This document shows positions 61,887 through 64,000 of a DNA stretch of 64,000 nt, piece after piece. Position 1 is the first letter of the stretch. The number at the start of each line of letters is the position of its first letter. The stretch is from positions 124,001 to 188,000 of the forward strand of contig CP120463.1 of NCBI GenBank assembly GCA_034226945.1, written 5' to 3'. Below the pieces are notes generated by a model. The model did no database searches and was not told the DNA's origin. It was given only the letters and a program-made list of their open reading frames with translations. The DNA is from Picochlorum sp. SENEW3 (Eukaryota). Position numbers and translations under genes: made by a program.

Positions 61887-62038
61887 ATTGGTCACAGCGA
61901 ATTCTAGCGTGCTATGTCTAAACTTTTTTTGAATGCGGTGCAGGGGCATTCATTTTTTTTGTTTTGGATACGTGCTGCTGCATGTACAGCAAGTGGGTAC
62001 GTAAGCAGACATCTATCTGATTATACAAAAAAGACAAG

Positions 62039-62116
62039 GCCGGTGAAGATATTCCATCCATAATTGAATCACCTGATCACGGGATGAATCTTTAACATGC
62101 ACCACTATCTGATGGC
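62039..62116 (+). ncRNA. Box C/D snoRNA guiding 18S Um1269 (U33/snR55-like)
   Basis: GCC/GGC stem, C GTGAAGA, D' CTGA, C' GGATGA, guide CATGCACCACTA before D CTGA. D+5 gives U1269 (yeast numbering). Confidence 0.88.
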
Positions 62117-62197
62117 TTTGTGCTAGTATTGCACGTTCGTTCATAACCTGTGGCTGAGTGCAGGCTCTTTTCAACGAATGAATATATTGCAAGGTAA

Positions 62198-62442
62198 GGG
62201 CGCAGTGCGAAGGGCCACTTCGGCGTATCCTTAATTGTTATGATTAGGGTGAGAATGCTGGGTGAAAGTCCCCGGGCGACCAGGCAGAGAGTGCCATCCC
62301 GAGAGGGAAAGACCCACTCCTGCCGATCACATGTGATCGGCGGTGTGGCAGTTCGCCATAGTTACAGTTATGTGGCCAGCAATATTATGCCATTGGTATA
62401 ATATTGTGAACAGAACGGGGCTTATTCTTGCACTGACGTCCC
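62198..62442 (+). ncRNA. RNase MRP RNA
   Basis: P4 halves GAAAGTCCCC (62264-62273) and AGAACGGGGCTTA (62412-62424). MRP-diagnostic P8 GGCA-GAGAG-TGCC with GARAR loop, P9 TCCC-GAGA-GGGA, and P1 GGGCGCAGTGCGA/TTGCACTGACGTCC. Confidence 0.93.
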
Positions 62443-62552
62443 CCCTCTTTTTTATGTACAGGTTCCTGGGACCATGACATATCATGCAACAAATAAATGG
62501 TGCGCTCTTTTGTAGTTTGTGTGCACGAGATGCTATTTTGGTAGGGACATTA

Positions 62553-62631
62553 CGGTATGATGATAGAACATTACCACAGACCTGTTCTGAGATATGTAAT
62601 GCTGAAATGGTTTCATGCACCACTCTGACCG
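62553..62631 (+). ncRNA. Dual-guide box C/D snoRNA for 18S Gm1428 (U25/snR56-like) and Gm1271 (U32/snR40-like)
   Basis: CGG/CCG stem and C box ATGATGA. Guide CACAGACCTGTT with D' CTGA, C' ATGCTGA, guide CATGCACCAC with D CTGA. Confidence 0.92.
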
Positions 62632-62821
62632 ATTCGAGTCCACAAATATCAACAGGTCTCTCGTAGTTTGACAGAGTTGATGCATTTTGTCATCATACAA
62701 CATGCTACTGCAGATTGAATGAAGCAAGCGATAATAACAATAATTACTGTTATTCCCATATACTGTATTGATTATATATTTTTTACATTCACAACAAATA
62801 GTTGTCTACTCTAATACATAG

Positions 62822-63760
62822 TTACTCTTCTTCAGCGACATCTCCAACGATTGGCTCAGCTGGTCTCTCAATCACTTCGCTAACCTCGGCGGAATAATCA
62901 CCGTGTACTTCCATGAGCTTGTTGAGATCAAACTTTGGAGCTCTCAGGAGCTTCACCTTGCGGACAAAGACATTCTGAAGAGGATAAATTCCTTGGCAAG
63001 CCTTCTCAATTTCTTTACCAATAGCTTCTGGGATAAACTTTCCTACCAATTCCTTAAGATCACAAGAAGTGGCTTCTCTAGTCATGATTTCAACCATCTT
63101 GGCACGGATCTGACGGATCTGAGAACTGCGGGCATACGCAGTCTTCTTTACCTGACCCTGGCGCTTCTTTGTGAAGCCAATGCAGAACATGCGAAGATAA
63201 TAGTTATCGGTGGTCTTAACATCGACGTGAGCCTCGATCAAAGTCTGCCACTTGCGGACAAGAGAGCGGAGCTTGTCTGTGGTGAGGTCCATTCCATAGA
63301 AGTGAGTCAGGCAGTTGCGGCCCTGCACGTCTTCTACACGAAGCTTGACATTACGGTAGGCATCAGCCTCATTCTTCTGCAAATCTGCAAGGGATACATT
63401 GATGACTCTTCCCTTGAGCCCATCGGAGGCAATCTTAGTACCCTGAGTACGAGTCACCAAGGTCTTTCCGATGTTCTTCACGTTGAAGATTGTTGGTGCC
63501 TTAATATCATACCAATCCTTCTTAGCGAATGGATCCTGACTGCATACGTATTCAATAGAGTACAAGTCAGATGATGGTTCGAAAACGTCAATGGCGGATT
63601 CCGCCGACGCCCAGACTGGCGACAACGAATATCCCCCAAACTCCGATTTGGATCACACCAATCCATCGTTCATTGTTCAATCATTCTAAAAAGAAACGTA
63701 CGCCTTCTTCTTTCCTCCCTTCTTTCCCTTGGACAAACGTTTATTCTTTCCCACAGCCAT
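62822..63760 (-). CDS. RPS3A: 40S ribosomal protein S3a (eS1)
   Basis: Exon 63702-63760 ([19 protein letters not shown]) plus 62822-63539 ([22 protein letters not shown]). Confidence 0.98.
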
Positions 63761-64000
63761 GGTGAATACGTCTACAATGAAACAAAATATGACCAGTCAG
63801 CCACTATACTACTCCAATATATCTCATAGGAGAGAAACCATGTCCTATTCATTGGGAAAAGAGCACACATTCGCGGGAGAGTGCGGCCGTCGACGTCCTC
63901 CCTCACTCCGTTCCCATCAACAGTACTCTTTGATGGTGCAAATCTGAGAGACGCCAGCCGTCACCGTCACTCTCTATTCCCCATACTGCTCGATATATGA

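Larger units (their letters stand above)
61096..62713 (+). ncRNA. Predicted non-coding multi-intron snoRNA/RNase MRP host gene (span from first donor to last acceptor)
   Basis: Candidate introns 61096-61451, 61548-61989, 61997-62163, 62194-62461 and 62500-62713. Each encloses a structured RNA, and the exons are tiny with no credible ORF. Confidence 0.6.

Noticed and set aside
62198..62442. RNase P RNA as an alternative identity
   Set aside because: The GARAR-loop P8 and the GAAAGTCCCC/GGGGCT P4 are MRP-type.
62327..62727. Short ORFs of 60-98 aa
   Set aside because: They overlap RNase MRP and a clear C/D snoRNA and show no protein features.
62903..63574. 223-aa + strand ORF
   Set aside because: Antisense shadow of RPS3A caused by codon bias.
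1..64000. CRISPR arrays, rRNA genes, autonomous transposons or viral hallmark genes
   Set aside because: None seen. The rRNA-matching segments are short antisense snoRNA guides.

Overview
This is gene-dense eukaryotic nuclear DNA with short GT-AG introns (mostly 60-200 nt) and tiny intergenic gaps. Plastid-type genes (Cpn20, CYP97B, plant-type iPGAM, IREG3-like ferroportin) point to a compact green-algal genome; a Picochlorum-like trebouxiophyte is my inference only. The window holds about 32 protein genes, mostly housekeeping, including a 16-kb midasin. It also holds tRNA-Lys(CTT), tRNA-Pro(AGG) and a 610-bp PIF/Harbinger-like MITE just behind tRNA-Pro. The main find is the ORF-poor 1.8-kb gap at 61.0-62.8 kb. 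It contains five box C/D snoRNAs with rRNA guides I could pair by hand, plus an RNase MRP RNA that almost exactly fills a predicted spliceosomal intron, suggesting a non-coding host gene with an intron-encoded MRP. Other notable items are a PWWP-PHD-N6-adenine methyltransferase-zfCW fusion, a divergent H2B-like protein, a triple LOTUS-like protein, an ArgRS-N-like insert in ATE1 and intergenic clusters of perfect palindromes. Exon boundaries were read by eye and no database searches were run.
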